A stretch of DNA of 64,000 bases from an uncultured bacterium (GCA_963695095.1 CAVOFT010000001.1:1600001-1664000), one strand, 5' to 3'. Positions 1 to 10,364 are shown, counted from the first letter of the stretch. Program-made: numbers and translations. The notes: generated from the letters alone by a model not told the origin.

Positions 1-988
1 AGGACGCCGCCTCGCCGCCGCGGCTGCTGCTCTGGATGCGCGGTCCGACCGGCCTCATCGCCGACAGCCTCGCGGCCGCGGCGGACGCCTTCATCTGGCG
101 CGCCCAGCCAGGCAGCAACTACGGCGACCGCAATCCGCTCTACGCGGGCTGGGCCCAGCTCCAGGCCGGCATCGAGATGCAGGCCCTGCTGCGCTTCGAC
201 CTGCCGGTCTTCCCGACCACGGCCACCCTGGGCGACCGCGTCTGGCTCGACGCCGATGCCGACGGCCTCCAGGATCCCGAGGAAGCCGGGCTCGGCGGCA
301 TCACCGTCGAGTTGCAGGATCCCCTGCGCCGCCTGCTCCTGAGCGCGGTCAGCGACAGCAGCGGCGCCTATGCCTTCGCGGACCTGGAGCCCGGCGATTA
401 CCTGCTGCGCGTCGCAGCTCCCGGCGGGCTACGCTGGCGACGCTCGCCCAGCAGGGCGATGACCCTGCCCTCGACAGCGATCTCGATCCGGGCAGCGGCT
501 TCACGCCGGTCTTCAGCTCGCTCGCCGGCCAGTCCGATCTCGATCGGGACATCGGCCTGCGCCCCGCGCCCGTCGCGCACTGGACGCCGCGCAGCGTGGG
601 CTTCTGGATTCGCCACGCCGGACAGGGCCACGGCCACGGGGAGGATCTGGTGACCCCGCTCCTGCCGCTCTGGCTGGGCAGCCCCGCCGGCGCCAAGAGC
701 CTGGAGGTGGCCGATGCCGGCCTGGCCGTGGCCGTGCTGCGCCAGCAGCTCCGGGATCGCTGCGAGGAGGGCGCGAATCCCATCACCGCGCTGCGGGCGC
801 AGCTGCTGGCGGTCAAGCTCAACCTCGCCATGGGCGCCGAGGGCGAGCTGGCGGAGCTGCTGGCCGCCAGCGACGGCTTCCTGGCCGAACATGACCCGTC
901 CGCCTGGTCCGGTCTGAGCCGCGCCGAGAAGCGGCAGGTCACTCAGTGGACGCGCCAGCTCAAGCGCTTCAACCAGGGCCGCGACTAG
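1..988 (+). CDS. Secreted/surface protein C-terminus with an SdrD B-like domain (5' partial; frameshifted at ~420-432)
   Basis: LGDRVWLDADADGLQDPEEAGLGGITVEL...GAYAFADLEPGDY continues in another frame as LATLAQQGDDPALDSDLDPGSGFT...DIGL, completing an SdrD B repeat, then runs to the stop at 988. Confidence 0.65.
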   Translation, partial: GRRLAAAAAALDARSDRPHRRQPRGRGGRLHLARPARQQLRRPQSALRGLGPAPGRHRDAGPAALRPAGLPDHGHPGRPRLARRRCRRPPGSRGSRARRHHRRVAGSPAPPAPERGQRQQRRLCLRGPGARRLPAARRSSRRATLATLAQQGDDPALDSDLDPGSGFTPVFSSLAGQSDLDRDIGLRPAPVAHWTPRSVGFWIRHAGQGHGHGEDLVTPLLPLWLGSPAGAKSLEVADAGLAVAVLRQQLRDRCEEGANPITALRAQLLAVKLNLAMGAEGELAELLAASDGFLAEHDPSAWSGLSRAEKRQVTQWTRQLKRFNQGRD

Positions 989-1016
989 GCTCGAGTAGGC
1001 CAGGCTTCGCGCGAGG

Positions 1017-1565
1017 CTATGCCTCGCGCGAGCGGCCCCGCCACCACTGGGCGATCAGGTAGAGCCCGTAGAGCACCAGCGCGACGGGCCACCAGTCCTG
1101 GAGCCAGTCCAGCGAGTAGTCGTAGCGCGTGTGGGCGACGAGCAGGGCACCGATGGCGATGAGCAGCAGCCCGCCCAGCAGCGAGCCGCCCACGGGCAGC
1201 TTCATGTCCTTGGGCATCTCGAGGGCGGTGACCCCTTCAACGGCCTGATTGAAGAGCGCCGCCCGCCGGCCGGCGTCGATGACGCTGAAGAGCCAGAAGA
1301 AGGCCAGGAAGAGCCCCACCAGCGGCGCCACCTTGCCGAGGTCCATGTTCAGCATCGTCATGCACAGGGCCACGACGATGGCGTGCGCGAAGCCGCGCTG
1401 GTAGTAGCCGATGTAGACCTGCCCCAGACCCGGGAAGAGCGAGAGCACGCTGGCCAGGGTGGGGGATTTGTACAAGCTGCTGCGGCGCAGGGGCCGGGGC
1501 GCAGCGGCCGCCGGCCGCGCGCCCTCCAGGGCGCCCTCGCCGCGCGTCTCGGGATGCTCGAACAT
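1017..1565 (-). CDS. Multi-pass membrane protein (TM2/LiaF-like), last gene of the ECF operon
   Basis: KSPTLASVLSLFPGLGQVY motif, several hydrophobic helices and a WWPVALVLYG end; ATG at 1565 after GGAGG. Confidence 0.7.
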   Translation of the reverse strand: MFEHPETRGEGALEGARPAAAAPRPLRRSSLYKSPTLASVLSLFPGLGQVYIGYYQRGFAHAIVVALCMTMLNMDLGKVAPLVGLFLAFFWLFSVIDAGRRAALFNQAVEGVTALEMPKDMKLPVGGSLLGGLLLIAIGALLVAHTRYDYSLDWLQDWWPVALVLYGLYLIAQWWRGRSREA

Positions 1566-1587
1566 GTCTGCCTCCTCGGTCAGGGAA

Positions 1588-2418
1588 TCAGGGCTGGCCG
1601 CTCGAGGCGGCATCGTTTGCTGTCGTCGTCGGGGCCGGGGCAGCCTGCCAGCCGCGGCCAATGCGCTTGAGGTCGCCCAGGATCTCGCTCAGGCGACTCG
1701 AGGCCGCCGCCAGGTCGCGCCGGCGCAGGCTGTCCAGCAGCTCGCGCAGATCCCGCCACAGCTCGCCCGCCAGCGGCGCCATGCGCGAACGCCAGGCTGT
1801 CACGCGCGCGGACAGGCCGCTGCGCGCGGCGCCGATGCTGCGGGCGCCGCTGTCCAGGGCGGCGTCACCCACGGTGGCCAGCGTGTCCGTCACCCGGGAG
1901 AAGTCCAGGGGCAGGGCCGAGGCCAGGGTGCGCGGATCCTGGCGCAAGAGGTCCAGGGCGCGCTCGGGCGCCTGGCGCAGCGGGGAGACGGGCGTGGCCG
2001 TCAAGGCCACGACGATCAAGGTGCCGGCGTAGGCGGCCTCGAAGGCGAAGCGCGGCCGCCGCCAGCAGCGGCGCCACCAGGCAGTGATGCGCTCGTCGAG
2101 ACGGGGCAGGGCGCTCCGCTCGTCTTCCCGGGCCATCGCCGCCAGCAACTCTGCCGCGAAGTCGGCATCGGGCTCGAGCGAGGCCAGGGCGGGCAGCGCG
2201 CGGGCCAGCCAGGCGAGGCCCTCCGCCAGTGCCCGGCAGGGCGCGCAGTGCGCCAGGTGGGCGGCGAGCAGGGCCGTCTCCTCGGCGCTGAGCTCGCCGT
2301 CCGTCACGGAGGGCAGCAGGGCCTCCGCCCGCGCGCAGGGGCTGCCGCTGGTGGCGGCGAGGATGGCCGCCGTCAGGGCTTCCTGGTCCAAGCGGGGACC
2401 ATCGTCGAGCGGGCGCAT
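1588..2418 (-). CDS. Zinc-finger (zf-HC2/ZAS) anti-sigma factor
   Basis: HLAHCAPC (HxxxCxxC) motif, one TM segment, immediately downstream of an ECF sigma gene. Confidence 0.8.
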   Translation of the reverse strand: MRPLDDGPRLDQEALTAAILAATSGSPCARAEALLPSVTDGELSAEETALLAAHLAHCAPCRALAEGLAWLARALPALASLEPDADFAAELLAAMAREDERSALPRLDERITAWWRRCWRRPRFAFEAAYAGTLIVVALTATPVSPLRQAPERALDLLRQDPRTLASALPLDFSRVTDTLATVGDAALDSGARSIGAARSGLSARVTAWRSRMAPLAGELWRDLRELLDSLRRRDLAAASSRLSEILGDLKRIGRGWQAAPAPTTTANDAASSGQP

Positions 2419-2421
2419 CGC

Positions 2422-3003
2422 TCAGCCTCCCGGGGTTTCGCCGAGGGGGGCGGGCGGACCACCCAGCGCGCGCAGCGCGCGGGCCAGTTCCAGGCGGGCG
2501 CGGCTGGCGCGGGACTTCACGGTCCCCAGGGGCACGTCGAGCAGCGCCGCGATTTCCTCGAGCGGCAGCGCCTGCATCTCCTTGAGGACGATCAGCTCGC
2601 GATTGAGGGGGCTCAGCTCGTCCATGGCGCGCAAGAGCAGACGCCGGCGCTCGTCCGCCTCCCAGTGCTCGGCGGCGCTGGGCGAGGGGTCCGCCAGCGC
2701 GTGCGCGCTCTCCACGGGCAGATCCTGGCGGGGCGGCCGCGCCTGGCGGCGGCGCAGCGCGTCCAGGCTTGCGTTGCGGGCTATGGCCAGCAGCCAGGCC
2801 TCGAAGCGCTCGCTCTCGCGACAGTGCTCCAGATTCCGCCAGACGCGCAGGAAGATCTCCTGGGCCAGGTCGCGGGCCTCCTCGCGATCGCCCACGTAGG
2901 CGCTGGCGATGCCGAAGATGCGTGACTGGTACCTGCGCACGAGAAGCTCCCAGGCCAGGGGATCGCCTTGCCGGCAGCGAGCGATGAGGGTGGCCAGATC
3001 CAT
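2422..3003 (-). CDS. ECF RNA polymerase sigma factor
   Basis: Region 2 (ARDLAQEIFLRVW, FEAWLLAIARN) and region 4 (LEEIAALLDVPLGTVKSRASRAR); ATG at 3003. Confidence 0.9.
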   Translation of the reverse strand: MDLATLIARCRQGDPLAWELLVRRYQSRIFGIASAYVGDREEARDLAQEIFLRVWRNLEHCRESERFEAWLLAIARNASLDALRRRQARPPRQDLPVESAHALADPSPSAAEHWEADERRRLLLRAMDELSPLNRELIVLKEMQALPLEEIAALLDVPLGTVKSRASRARLELARALRALGGPPAPLGETPGG

Positions 3004-3129
3004 CGGGTCCACTCGGTTCGGGGCTGATGGCGCGGGGGTGCTTCCCCCTGCCTGGACAAGACGCAAGCGCAGAGGGGCAGGTTCGGTCAAGCCCGCGAAA
3101 ATCTTCGCCCCCAACCGCACGTTCTCCAC

Positions 3130-3163
3130 TTGAAACGCTTGGGCATTTGGCTATATTGCCAAA
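3130..3163 (+). promoter_or_regulatory. Sigma70-like promoter with candidate ArsR operator
   Basis: TTGAAA-N16-TATATT; the -10 lies at the centre of the inverted repeat TTTGGC-TATATT-GCCAAA (3146-3163) upstream of arsR. Confidence 0.65.
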
Positions 3164-3193
3164 CATCCCAGTTGAACCCCGGAGGTGCCCGAC

Positions 3194-3514
3194 ATGGCGG
3201 TTTCGGTTCAAGCTCGCTTCGGCGCTCGTGCCGAGGTGCTCAAGGCGCTCGCGCACCCGACGCGCCTGCTCGTCGTCGACGAGCTCTCGCGCGGCGAGCG
3301 CTGCGTGGCCGAGCTGACCGAGCTGGCCGGCGCGGACATGTCCACCGTCTCGCGGCACCTCGCCCAGCTGCGCAACGCCGGCATCCTTCAGGACGAGCGC
3401 CGCGGCGCCTGCATCTACTACTCCCTCAAGTGCCCCTGCGTGCTGAACTTCTTCACCTGCATCGAGTCCGTGCTCCAGGCCAACGCCGACGCGAACTCGA
3501 GCGCGGCGCGCTAG
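3194..3514 (+). CDS. arsR: ArsR/SmtB family metalloregulator
   Basis: LKALAHPTRL, ERCVAEL, STVSRHLAQL HTH, C-terminal CPC..FFTC; RBS GGAGG at 3181. Confidence 0.9.
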   Translation: MAVSVQARFGARAEVLKALAHPTRLLVVDELSRGERCVAELTELAGADMSTVSRHLAQLRNAGILQDERRGACIYYSLKCPCVLNFFTCIESVLQANADANSSAAR

Positions 3515-3524
3515 GGGGATCGGC

Positions 3525-4836
3525 GTGGCTGTCTTCTCCTGGCGGCGCGAGGGACGAGCGCTTGCGGTCATTGCGGGCGGCTTCCTCGCCGCCTACTTCC
3601 TGCCGGTGGGGCGGGCCCGCGTGGACGGCGCCATTCTGGAGTCCCTGCAGCTGCTGCGCTGGTACGCCCGCGAGCACGTGCTGCTCTGCCTGGTGCCGGC
3701 CTTCTTCATCGCCGGAGCCATCGGCGTTTTCCTGCGCAAGGACACGGTGTTGCGCTACCTGGGGCCCGGCGCGCCCAAGCCGCTGGCCTACGGCGTCGCC
3801 TCGGTGTCGGGTGGCGTGCTGGCCGTCTGCTCCTGCACGGTGCTGCCGCTGTTCGCCGGCATCTACCGCATGGGCGCCGGGCTCGGCCCCGCAGCGGCCT
3901 TCCTGTACGCCGGGCCGGCGATCAACGCGCTGGCCATCATTCTCACGGCGCGCATCCTCGGATTCGAGCTGGGCATCGCGCGCGCGGTAGGGGCGGTCGT
4001 CTTCAGCATCGTCATCGGCCTGGCGATGGCCCTCCTCTTCCGTGGTGGCGAAGCGGTGCGGGCGCAGGCGGCGATGCCCGCGGAGACGGCGGCCTCCAGG
4101 CCGTTGAGGCAGATCGGCGCTCAGCCTGGCCGCGATGCTGGCGGTCCTGATCTTCGCCAACTGGGGCGCGCCGGCCGCTGGCCTCGGCTTCTGGACGGCT
4201 GTCCACGCGATCAAGTGGCCCCTGACCGGGCTGGCCGCGCTGGCGCTCGGTCTCATGCTGGTCCGCTGGTTTGGGTTGGCCTGGCGGGAGCTGGCCTTGA
4301 TCAGCCTGCCCGTGGCCCTGCTCGCGCTCGTCGGCCCCGGGCGCCCGCTCCTGCCCTTCGGGGTAGCGATCCTGCTGCTGGCCTGGCGCCTGGGGCGGCG
4401 TGGGGCGGAGGACGAACTGGGCGAATGGCTGGCAGCCAGCTGGGGCTTCGCACGGCAGATCCTGCCCCTGCTGCTCGGCGGCATCCTGGTCGCCGGCCTG
4501 CTGCTCGGCCGCCCCGGCGGTGAGGGGCTTATTCCCTCCGCCTGGGTGGCGCGCGCGGTGGGGGGCAATTCGATCGGCGCCAATCTCTTCGCGGCCGTGG
4601 CGGGGGCCTTCATGTACTTCGCCACCCTGACGGAGATCCCCATTCTCCAGGGACTGCTGGGCTCCGGGATGGGCAAGGGCCCGGCGCTCGCGCTGCTGCT
4701 GGCCGGGCCCGCGCTCTCGCTGCCCAGCATGCTCGTCATCGGCGGCATTCTCGGCCTGCGCAAGACCTTCGTCTTCATCGTGCTCGTGGTCGCCATGGCG
4801 ACGCTGACCGGGCTTCTCTACGGAGCCCTCTTCTAG
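3525..4836 (+). CDS. ArsP/DUF318 family permease (one-base frameshift at ~4116, probably an assembly error)
   Basis: LAVCSCTVLPLF and FLYAGPAIN in the first frame; FMYFATLTEIP and GPALSLPS in the second; removing one G at 4116 joins them. Confidence 0.8.
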
Positions 4837-4846
4837 GGAGGATGCG

Positions 4847-5080
4847 ATGCACAAGCTGCAGATCCTGGGCACGGGTTGCCCCAAGTGCCGGCAGCTCGAA
4901 GCCAATGCGCGGGAGGCGGCAGCTGCCGCCGGCGGCGACTGGGCGGTGGAGAAGATCAGCGACCTGAACGCGATCATCGCCTTCGGGGTGATGATGACGC
5001 CCGCCCTCGCCATCGACGGCGAGGTGAAGTCCACGGGCAAGGTGCTCTCGCCCGAGGCCATCCGGGCGCTGCTGCCATGA
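4847..5080 (+). CDS. Small redox-active disulfide protein (thioredoxin family)
   Basis: ILGTGCPKC and GVMMTPALAIDG motifs, 77 aa. Confidence 0.9.
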   Translation: MHKLQILGTGCPKCRQLEANAREAAAAAGGDWAVEKISDLNAIIAFGVMMTPALAIDGEVKSTGKVLSPEAIRALLP

Positions 5081-5556
5081 GGCGCGCTCGCCTGCTCGTC
5101 GCAGCGCTGCTGATGGCCTTGCTGGCGCCCGCCGCCGTCGGAGAGCCGGTGGGGGAGCCCGTGCCGGCGCCTGGGGACTCGCTGGCGACGCCTGCCGGCG
5201 GCGTCGAGTTGATCTACTTCCACGCCACCCTGCGCTGCGAGACCTGCCTCGCCTTGGAGGCCAGCATCGAGCGCTGCCTGCGCGCGGAGTTCGCGGCCGA
5301 GCTCGCGCAAGGCAGGCTGGCCTGGCGCAGCCTGGACTACGAGCTCGGCGAAGGGCGCGCCTTGCACGCGAACCTGGAGCTGAGCGGCAGCGAACTCGTG
5401 ATCCGGCGGCGCGCGGCCGGCGAGAGTCGTGACGCGCAGCCGATCCGCAGCGTCTGGAATGCGCCGGAGGCCGTTGCGCTCTGCGACTCCCTCCAGCCCA
5501 TCGTCACGCAGTACCTCCGCGCCCAGCCGGACGCCGAGGCAACCAGCGGCCGCTGA
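5077..5556 (+). CDS. Exported thioredoxin-fold protein, ArsF-like
   Basis: Signal peptide; VELIYFHATLRCETC motif; ATGA overlap with the upstream gene. Confidence 0.7.
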   Translation: MRRARLLVAALLMALLAPAAVGEPVGEPVPAPGDSLATPAGGVELIYFHATLRCETCLALEASIERCLRAEFAAELAQGRLAWRSLDYELGEGRALHANLELSGSELVIRRRAAGESRDAQPIRSVWNAPEAVALCDSLQPIVTQYLRAQPDAEATSGR

Positions 5557-5580
5557 GCGAGCCGCATCCGAGGAGCAGCG

Positions 5581-6063
5581 ATGAACCGGAGATTGCGCGT
5601 CGCGATCCTGCTGGTGGTGGCCCTGGCCGTGGCGGCCGTGCTGCTCTGGGGACGAGGCGCCGAGGCGCCCGGCCGTGCGGAGGCGCCGGGAGCGGCGCCG
5701 GTGGCGGCGGTCGCCGTGGCGCCTGCTGCCGGGGAAGCCGGCAAGCCGGCCGCGCTGCCGCGCCTGGTGGACCTGGGCTCGACCACCTGCATTCCCTGCA
5801 AGAAGATGGCGCCCATCCTCGCCGAGCTGGCCGCCGAGCAGGCCGGCCACCTCGAGGTGCTCGTCATCGACATCCGCGAGGATCCGGATGCGGCTGCCAC
5901 CTACGGCATCCGCCTGATCCCGACGCAGATCTTCTTCGATGCGGGGGGCAAGGAACTCTGGCGGCACGAGGGCTTCATCGACAAGGCCGCCATCCTCGCG
6001 CGCTGGGCCGAACTGGGCGTGGCGCTGCCCGGCGTCGCGCCCGCCGCGGAGCCAGCGGGATGA
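5581..6063 (+). CDS. Membrane-anchored thioredoxin family protein
   Basis: N-terminal TM; LVDLGSTTCIPCKKM and GIRLIPTQIFFD...RHEG. Confidence 0.85.
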   Translation: MNRRLRVAILLVVALAVAAVLLWGRGAEAPGRAEAPGAAPVAAVAVAPAAGEAGKPAALPRLVDLGSTTCIPCKKMAPILAELAAEQAGHLEVLVIDIREDPDAAATYGIRLIPTQIFFDAGGKELWRHEGFIDKAAILARWAELGVALPGVAPAAEPAG

Positions 6064-6755
6064 GCGAGGTCTTCAGCAGCCTGACCGGAGCAGTGCAGGG
6101 CGCCTGGCCCCTGGCCCTCGGCGCGGCTTTCCTGTGGGGCGTGCTCAGCATCGTGCTCAGCCCCTGCCACCTGGCCAGCATTCCGCTCATCGTGGCCTTC
6201 ATCGGGGGCCAGGGTCCGAGCAGCACGCGGCGCGCCGCGGCGCTGGCGAGCCTCTTCAGCCTTGGCATCCTGGTCACCATCGCGGCGATCGGCCTGGCGA
6301 CGGCCGCCCTCGGCCGCATGCTGGGCGATGTCGGCCGCGCCGGCAACTGGATCGTCGCGATCGTCTTCCTCGCGGTGGGCCTGCACCTGGTCGGCGTGAT
6401 TCCAATGCCCGGCGGGCCCGCGCGGGTGGGCCTCGCGCGGCGCGGGGCGCTCGGTGCCCTGCTGCTCGGCCTCGTCTTCGGCATCGCGCTCGGGCCCTGC
6501 ACCTTCGCCTACCTGGCGCCCATGCTGGCAGTCACGCTCTCCGCCGGCTCGGTGAGCCTCCTCTTCGGCAGTCTGCTGCTCCTGACCTACGGCATCGGCC
6601 ACACGGCGGTGATCGCTGTCGCCGGCACCTTCACCCAGCTCGTCCAGCGCACGCTCGACTGGAACGAGCGATCACGGACTTTGGGCGTGATCCGGAGGAT
6701 CTGTGGCGTACTCATCATCCTGGCGGGGCTCTATTTGCTCGCACTGGCGCGCTAG
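6060..6755 (+). CDS. ccdA: CcdA/DsbD-beta family disulfide interchange membrane protein
   Basis: LSPCHLASIP and GPCT conserved Cys motifs; about six TM helices. Confidence 0.85.
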   Translation: MSEVFSSLTGAVQGAWPLALGAAFLWGVLSIVLSPCHLASIPLIVAFIGGQGPSSTRRAAALASLFSLGILVTIAAIGLATAALGRMLGDVGRAGNWIVAIVFLAVGLHLVGVIPMPGGPARVGLARRGALGALLLGLVFGIALGPCTFAYLAPMLAVTLSAGSVSLLFGSLLLLTYGIGHTAVIAVAGTFTQLVQRTLDWNERSRTLGVIRRICGVLIILAGLYLLALAR

Positions 6756-7269
6756 GCGATACGCCGGTTCGGCGCTGCTGATCGCCGGCGGCCTCCTGGC
6801 CAGCGGCATGCCCGCGGCCGCGGCGACGCAGCGCCTGCCCGCGCTCTGGCTCAGCGACCTCCATGGCGGCCGCGCGCCCCTGGACAGCCTGCTCGGCGCG
6901 CGGCCGGCCCTGCTCCTCTTCTGGAGCACGCCCTGCCAGTCCTGTCTGGACAAGCTGCGCGCCGTCGAGGCCTTCGCCCAGGCGCGCGCCGAACAGGATC
7001 TCGCCCTGCTCATGGTCAACATCGACGCGCCGCGCAACAAGAACCAGATCGCACCCTTCTTGCATCGCTTCGAGTTCACGGCGCCTTGCTTCGTCGATCC
7101 CGAGCGCGCCGCCTTCCGCAAGCTCGGCGGCCGGGAGGCGCCCTACCTGGTGCTCCTTTCCGCGGAACGCGAGGTCCTCTATCGCAGCGGCAGCCTTGAT
7201 CGCCGCGATCTGACGGCCATTGCCGCCTTGCTCGAGGCTCAGGACTCGGCAGGCTCGGCGCATGACTAG
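6703..7269 (+). CDS. TlpA/ResA-like thiol-disulfide reductase (start uncertain)
   Basis: LLLFWSTPCQSC active site after a signal-like hydrophobic stretch. Confidence 0.75.
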   Translation: MAYSSSWRGSICSHWRARRYAGSALLIAGGLLASGMPAAAATQRLPALWLSDLHGGRAPLDSLLGARPALLLFWSTPCQSCLDKLRAVEAFAQARAEQDLALLMVNIDAPRNKNQIAPFLHRFEFTAPCFVDPERAAFRKLGGREAPYLVLLSAEREVLYRSGSLDRRDLTAIAALLEAQDSAGSAHD

Positions 7270-7714
7270 AGCCGCGGTGCTGTTTCTCTGCACGGGCAAC
7301 GCCTGCCGCAGCCAGATGGCCGAGGGCTGGGCGCGTCACCTGCACGGCAAGCGGGTCGATGCGGTATCGGCCGGCATGGCGCCCGCGGGCCTGGATCCCC
7401 GGGCCGTGCGTGTGATGGCGGAGGTCGGAGTCGACATCGGCGGCCAGCAGAGCAAGGGACTTGCCGAGCTGGGCAAGCGACGCTTCGAGCTCGTCGTCAC
7501 CGTCTGCGACCGGGCGCGGGAGGCCTGTCCCGTGCTGCCCGGCGCACGGCACCTGCACGCGGGCTTTCCCGATCCGCCGGCCCTCGCTCGCGGCGCGGCG
7601 AGCGAGGAGGAGGCTCTGGATCACTACCGGCGGGTGCGCGATGCCATCCGCGAGCTCGTCGCCGGCCTGCCGGCGCTGCTGGCCGCCGCGCGGGGCCCCG
7701 GAGGCCAGCGCTGA
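7262..7714 (+). CDS. arsC: Thioredoxin-dependent arsenate reductase (LMW-PTP fold)
   Basis: [18 protein letters not shown]-loop and [12 protein letters not shown]. Confidence 0.92.
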   Translation: MTRAAVLFLCTGNACRSQMAEGWARHLHGKRVDAVSAGMAPAGLDPRAVRVMAEVGVDIGGQQSKGLAELGKRRFELVVTVCDRAREACPVLPGARHLHAGFPDPPALARGAASEEEALDHYRRVRDAIRELVAGLPALLAAARGPGGQR

Positions 7715-8907
7715 TGCCCGCGGAAGCCTGTGTCAGCAAGCGCCCCGGAGGGCTGGGCGGCTTCGAGCGCTGGCTCACGCTCTGGGTGCTGCTGTCGATC
7801 GGGGCGGGCATCCTGCTCGGCAAGCTGGCGCCGGGCCTGGCGCGCTGGCTGGACGGCCTCGCGCTCCGCGTCGACGGCGCGCCGGTGATCAGCCTGCCCA
7901 TCGCCCTCTGCCTCTTCTTCATGATGTACCCGATCATGGTCAAGATCGACTTCGCCGAGCTGCTGCGCGCCGGCCGCGGCGCGAAGCCGGTGGCGCTCAC
8001 CCTCGTCGTCAACTGGGCGATCAAGCCCTTCACGATGCTCGCCATCGCGAGCTTCTTCCTCGGCGGCGTCTTCTTGCGCTTCATCGGTCCGGAGGCCGTG
8101 GACCTGGTCAAGCTGCCCCTCGGACTCGACCTGCCGGTGGGGGCGAGCTACGGCGCAGGCACCGTGGTGCTCGCCGATGGCGTCAAGCTGCTGGCCGTGC
8201 CGCTCTGGCGCAGCTACCTGGCCGGCTGCATCCTGCTGGGCGTGGCGCCCTGTACGGCGATGGTGCTGGTCTGGGGCTACCTCGCCCGCGGCAACGACGG
8301 CCACACCCTGGTGATGGTGGCGATCAACTCGCTCGCGATGCTCCTTCTCTACGGACCGCTGGGCGGCCTGCTGCTCGGCGTGGGCCGCCTGCCCGTGCCC
8401 TGGCAGGCCCTGCTGCTCTCGATCGCCGTCTATGTCGCCCTGCCCCTGGTCGCGGGCTACCTCACGCGGCGCTGGCTGGTGGCCGCCCGCGGCGAGGCCT
8501 GGTTCGCCGAGCACTTCCTGCATCGGCTGACTCCGGTCACCATCGTCGCGCTGCTGACCACGCTCGTCCTGCTCTTCTCCTTCAAGGGCGAGACGATCCT
8601 CGCCGCCCCGCTCACGATTCTCTGGATCGCGGTGCCGCTCTTCCTGCAGACCCTCCTCATCTTCGGACTCACCTATCTCCTGGCCCACCGCCTGCGCCTG
8701 GACTACCGCGATGCGGCTCCCAGCGCGCTGATCGGCGCCTCCAATCACTTCGAGGTCGCCATCGCCACGGCCACGCTGCTCTTCGGCCTCGGCTCCGGCG
8801 CCGCGCTGGCCACGGTGGTGGGCGTTCTCATCGAGGTGCCGGTGATGCTGCTCCTCGTGCGGCTTTGCCTGCGCAGTCGTGGCCGCTTCGCCGCCTTCGC
8901 GCGTTGA
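7714..8907 (+). CDS. acr3: ACR3 family arsenite efflux transporter
   Basis: [52 protein letters not shown]. Confidence 0.93.
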   Translation: MPAEACVSKRPGGLGGFERWLTLWVLLSIGAGILLGKLAPGLARWLDGLALRVDGAPVISLPIALCLFFMMYPIMVKIDFAELLRAGRGAKPVALTLVVNWAIKPFTMLAIASFFLGGVFLRFIGPEAVDLVKLPLGLDLPVGASYGAGTVVLADGVKLLAVPLWRSYLAGCILLGVAPCTAMVLVWGYLARGNDGHTLVMVAINSLAMLLLYGPLGGLLLGVGRLPVPWQALLLSIAVYVALPLVAGYLTRRWLVAARGEAWFAEHFLHRLTPVTIVALLTTLVLLFSFKGETILAAPLTILWIAVPLFLQTLLIFGLTYLLAHRLRLDYRDAAPSALIGASNHFEVAIATATLLFGLGSGAALATVVGVLIEVPVMLLLVRLCLRSRGRFAAFAR

Positions 8908-8975
8908 CAGCAGCCCCCGGCGCGAGGCACCCTGGCCCGGCCGGCGCTCGGGCCGGCCTTCCCGGAGGGTATCGG

Positions 8976-10364
8976 ATGCCGCGACGCCTGCCTGCGCGCC
9001 TGACGCGCCGTCTCGCCCTGCTCTTCGCCCTGCTCGCGGCCGGCGCCGCCCACGCCGGGGCTGCGCCGCCGCGGCATGTCATCCTGTGCATCGGCGACGG
9101 CATGGGCTTCAACCACGTCGCCCTGGCCAGCCTCTGGGCCGCGGGCCGGCCGGACGCGGCGCCCTTCGCCGACTGGCCGGTGCGTCTCGCCTTGAGCACC
9201 GAGCCCGCCGGCGCGCCGCCCTACTCGCCCGCCGGCTTCTGGAGCCAGTCCGGCCAGCGACGGCGCGGCATCACCGATTCCGCGGCGGCGGCCACGGCCC
9301 TCGCCACGGGGGTCAAGACGGCGAACGGAGTGCTGGGGCTCACCCCCGACGGCCGTCCCCTGCACAATCTCACCGAGTGGCTGGGTGAGCGCGGTCTCGC
9401 GACGGGGTTGGTCACGAGCGTGCCCTTCGTCCATGCCACGCCGGCCGGCTTCGTCGTGCACGTCGAGGACCGCGACGACTACCGCGCCATCGCCCGGCAG
9501 CTCCTGCTGGAGAGCCGCCTGCGCGTGCTGATGGGCTGCGGCGATCCTGCCTACGCCGCCGACGGCCGGCCGCTCGAGCAGCCCCGGGGCTTCGGCAAGG
9601 TCGGCGGCCGCGAGCTGTGGGCGGGGCTGCTCGCCGGGGCGACGACCTTCGACCTGGACGGCGACGGCGCCATCGACGCGGAGCTGATGGATCTGGACGG
9701 CGACGGCCGGCGCGATCCCTGGCAGCTCGTCACGGAGCGCGCCGCGGTGCAGGCCCTCGCCGCCGGCCCGACGCCGCTGCGCCTGCTCGTCGTGCCGCGC
9801 GGCGGACTCACGCTGCAGGCCGAGCGCCCCGGCCCCCGCCATCGCGCGCCCTTCGCGGTGCCCTTCGATGAATCGCTGCCCACGCTCGCCGAGATGAGCC
9901 TGGCCGCGCTCAACGTGCTCGACACGGATCCGGACGGCTTCTTCCTCATGATCGAGGGCGGCGCCATCGACTGGGCGGCCCACGACAACGATGCGGGCCG
10001 CCTGGTCGAGGAGCAGCTTGCCTTCCATGCCGCCGTCGCTGCGGTGATGGACTGGGTCGCGCGGGAGAGCAGCTGGGAGGAGACCTTGCTCATCGTCACC
10101 GCCGACCACGAGACGGGCGGCCTCAGCGCGCCGGGCTGGGGGCGCCGACGCTGGCAGCCGCTGCGCTCGCGCGGCATCCATCGCCTGGCGCGGCATCAGT
10201 GGGGCAGCAGCGATCACAGCGGCGCCCTCGTGCCGCTCTATGCGATCGGTTGCGGCAGCGAGACGCTGGCCGCGCTGGCCGAGGGCAGCGATCCGCGCCG
10301 CGGCCCCTACCTCGACAACACGGCGATCGCCCCGGCCATCCGGGCGCTCTGGCGGCATCGCTGA
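8976..10364 (+). CDS. phoA: Alkaline phosphatase (PhoA family)
   Basis: Signal peptide, ILCIGDGMG, TDSAAAATA, HATPA, IEGGAIDWAAH, TADHETGG. Confidence 0.88.
   Translation: MPRRLPARLTRRLALLFALLAAGAAHAGAAPPRHVILCIGDGMGFNHVALASLWAAGRPDAAPFADWPVRLALSTEPAGAPPYSPAGFWSQSGQRRRGITDSAAAATALATGVKTANGVLGLTPDGRPLHNLTEWLGERGLATGLVTSVPFVHATPAGFVVHVEDRDDYRAIARQLLLESRLRVLMGCGDPAYAADGRPLEQPRGFGKVGGRELWAGLLAGATTFDLDGDGAIDAELMDLDGDGRRDPWQLVTERAAVQALAAGPTPLRLLVVPRGGLTLQAERPGPRHRAPFAVPFDESLPTLAEMSLAALNVLDTDPDGFFLMIEGGAIDWAAHDNDAGRLVEEQLAFHAAVAAVMDWVARESSWEETLLIVTADHETGGLSAPGWGRRRWQPLRSRGIHRLARHQWGSSDHSGALVPLYAIGCGSETLAALAEGSDPRRGPYLDNTAIAPAIRALWRHR

Noticed and set aside
415..435. Frameshift in the SdrD B-like gene as programmed frameshifting
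   Set aside because: Explained by two single-base insertions with no slippery site; same pattern as other breaks, so probably an assembly error.
4110..4125. Split arsP-like permease as pseudogene or recoding event
   Set aside because: One duplicated G; both halves are undecayed, so most likely a sequencing insertion.
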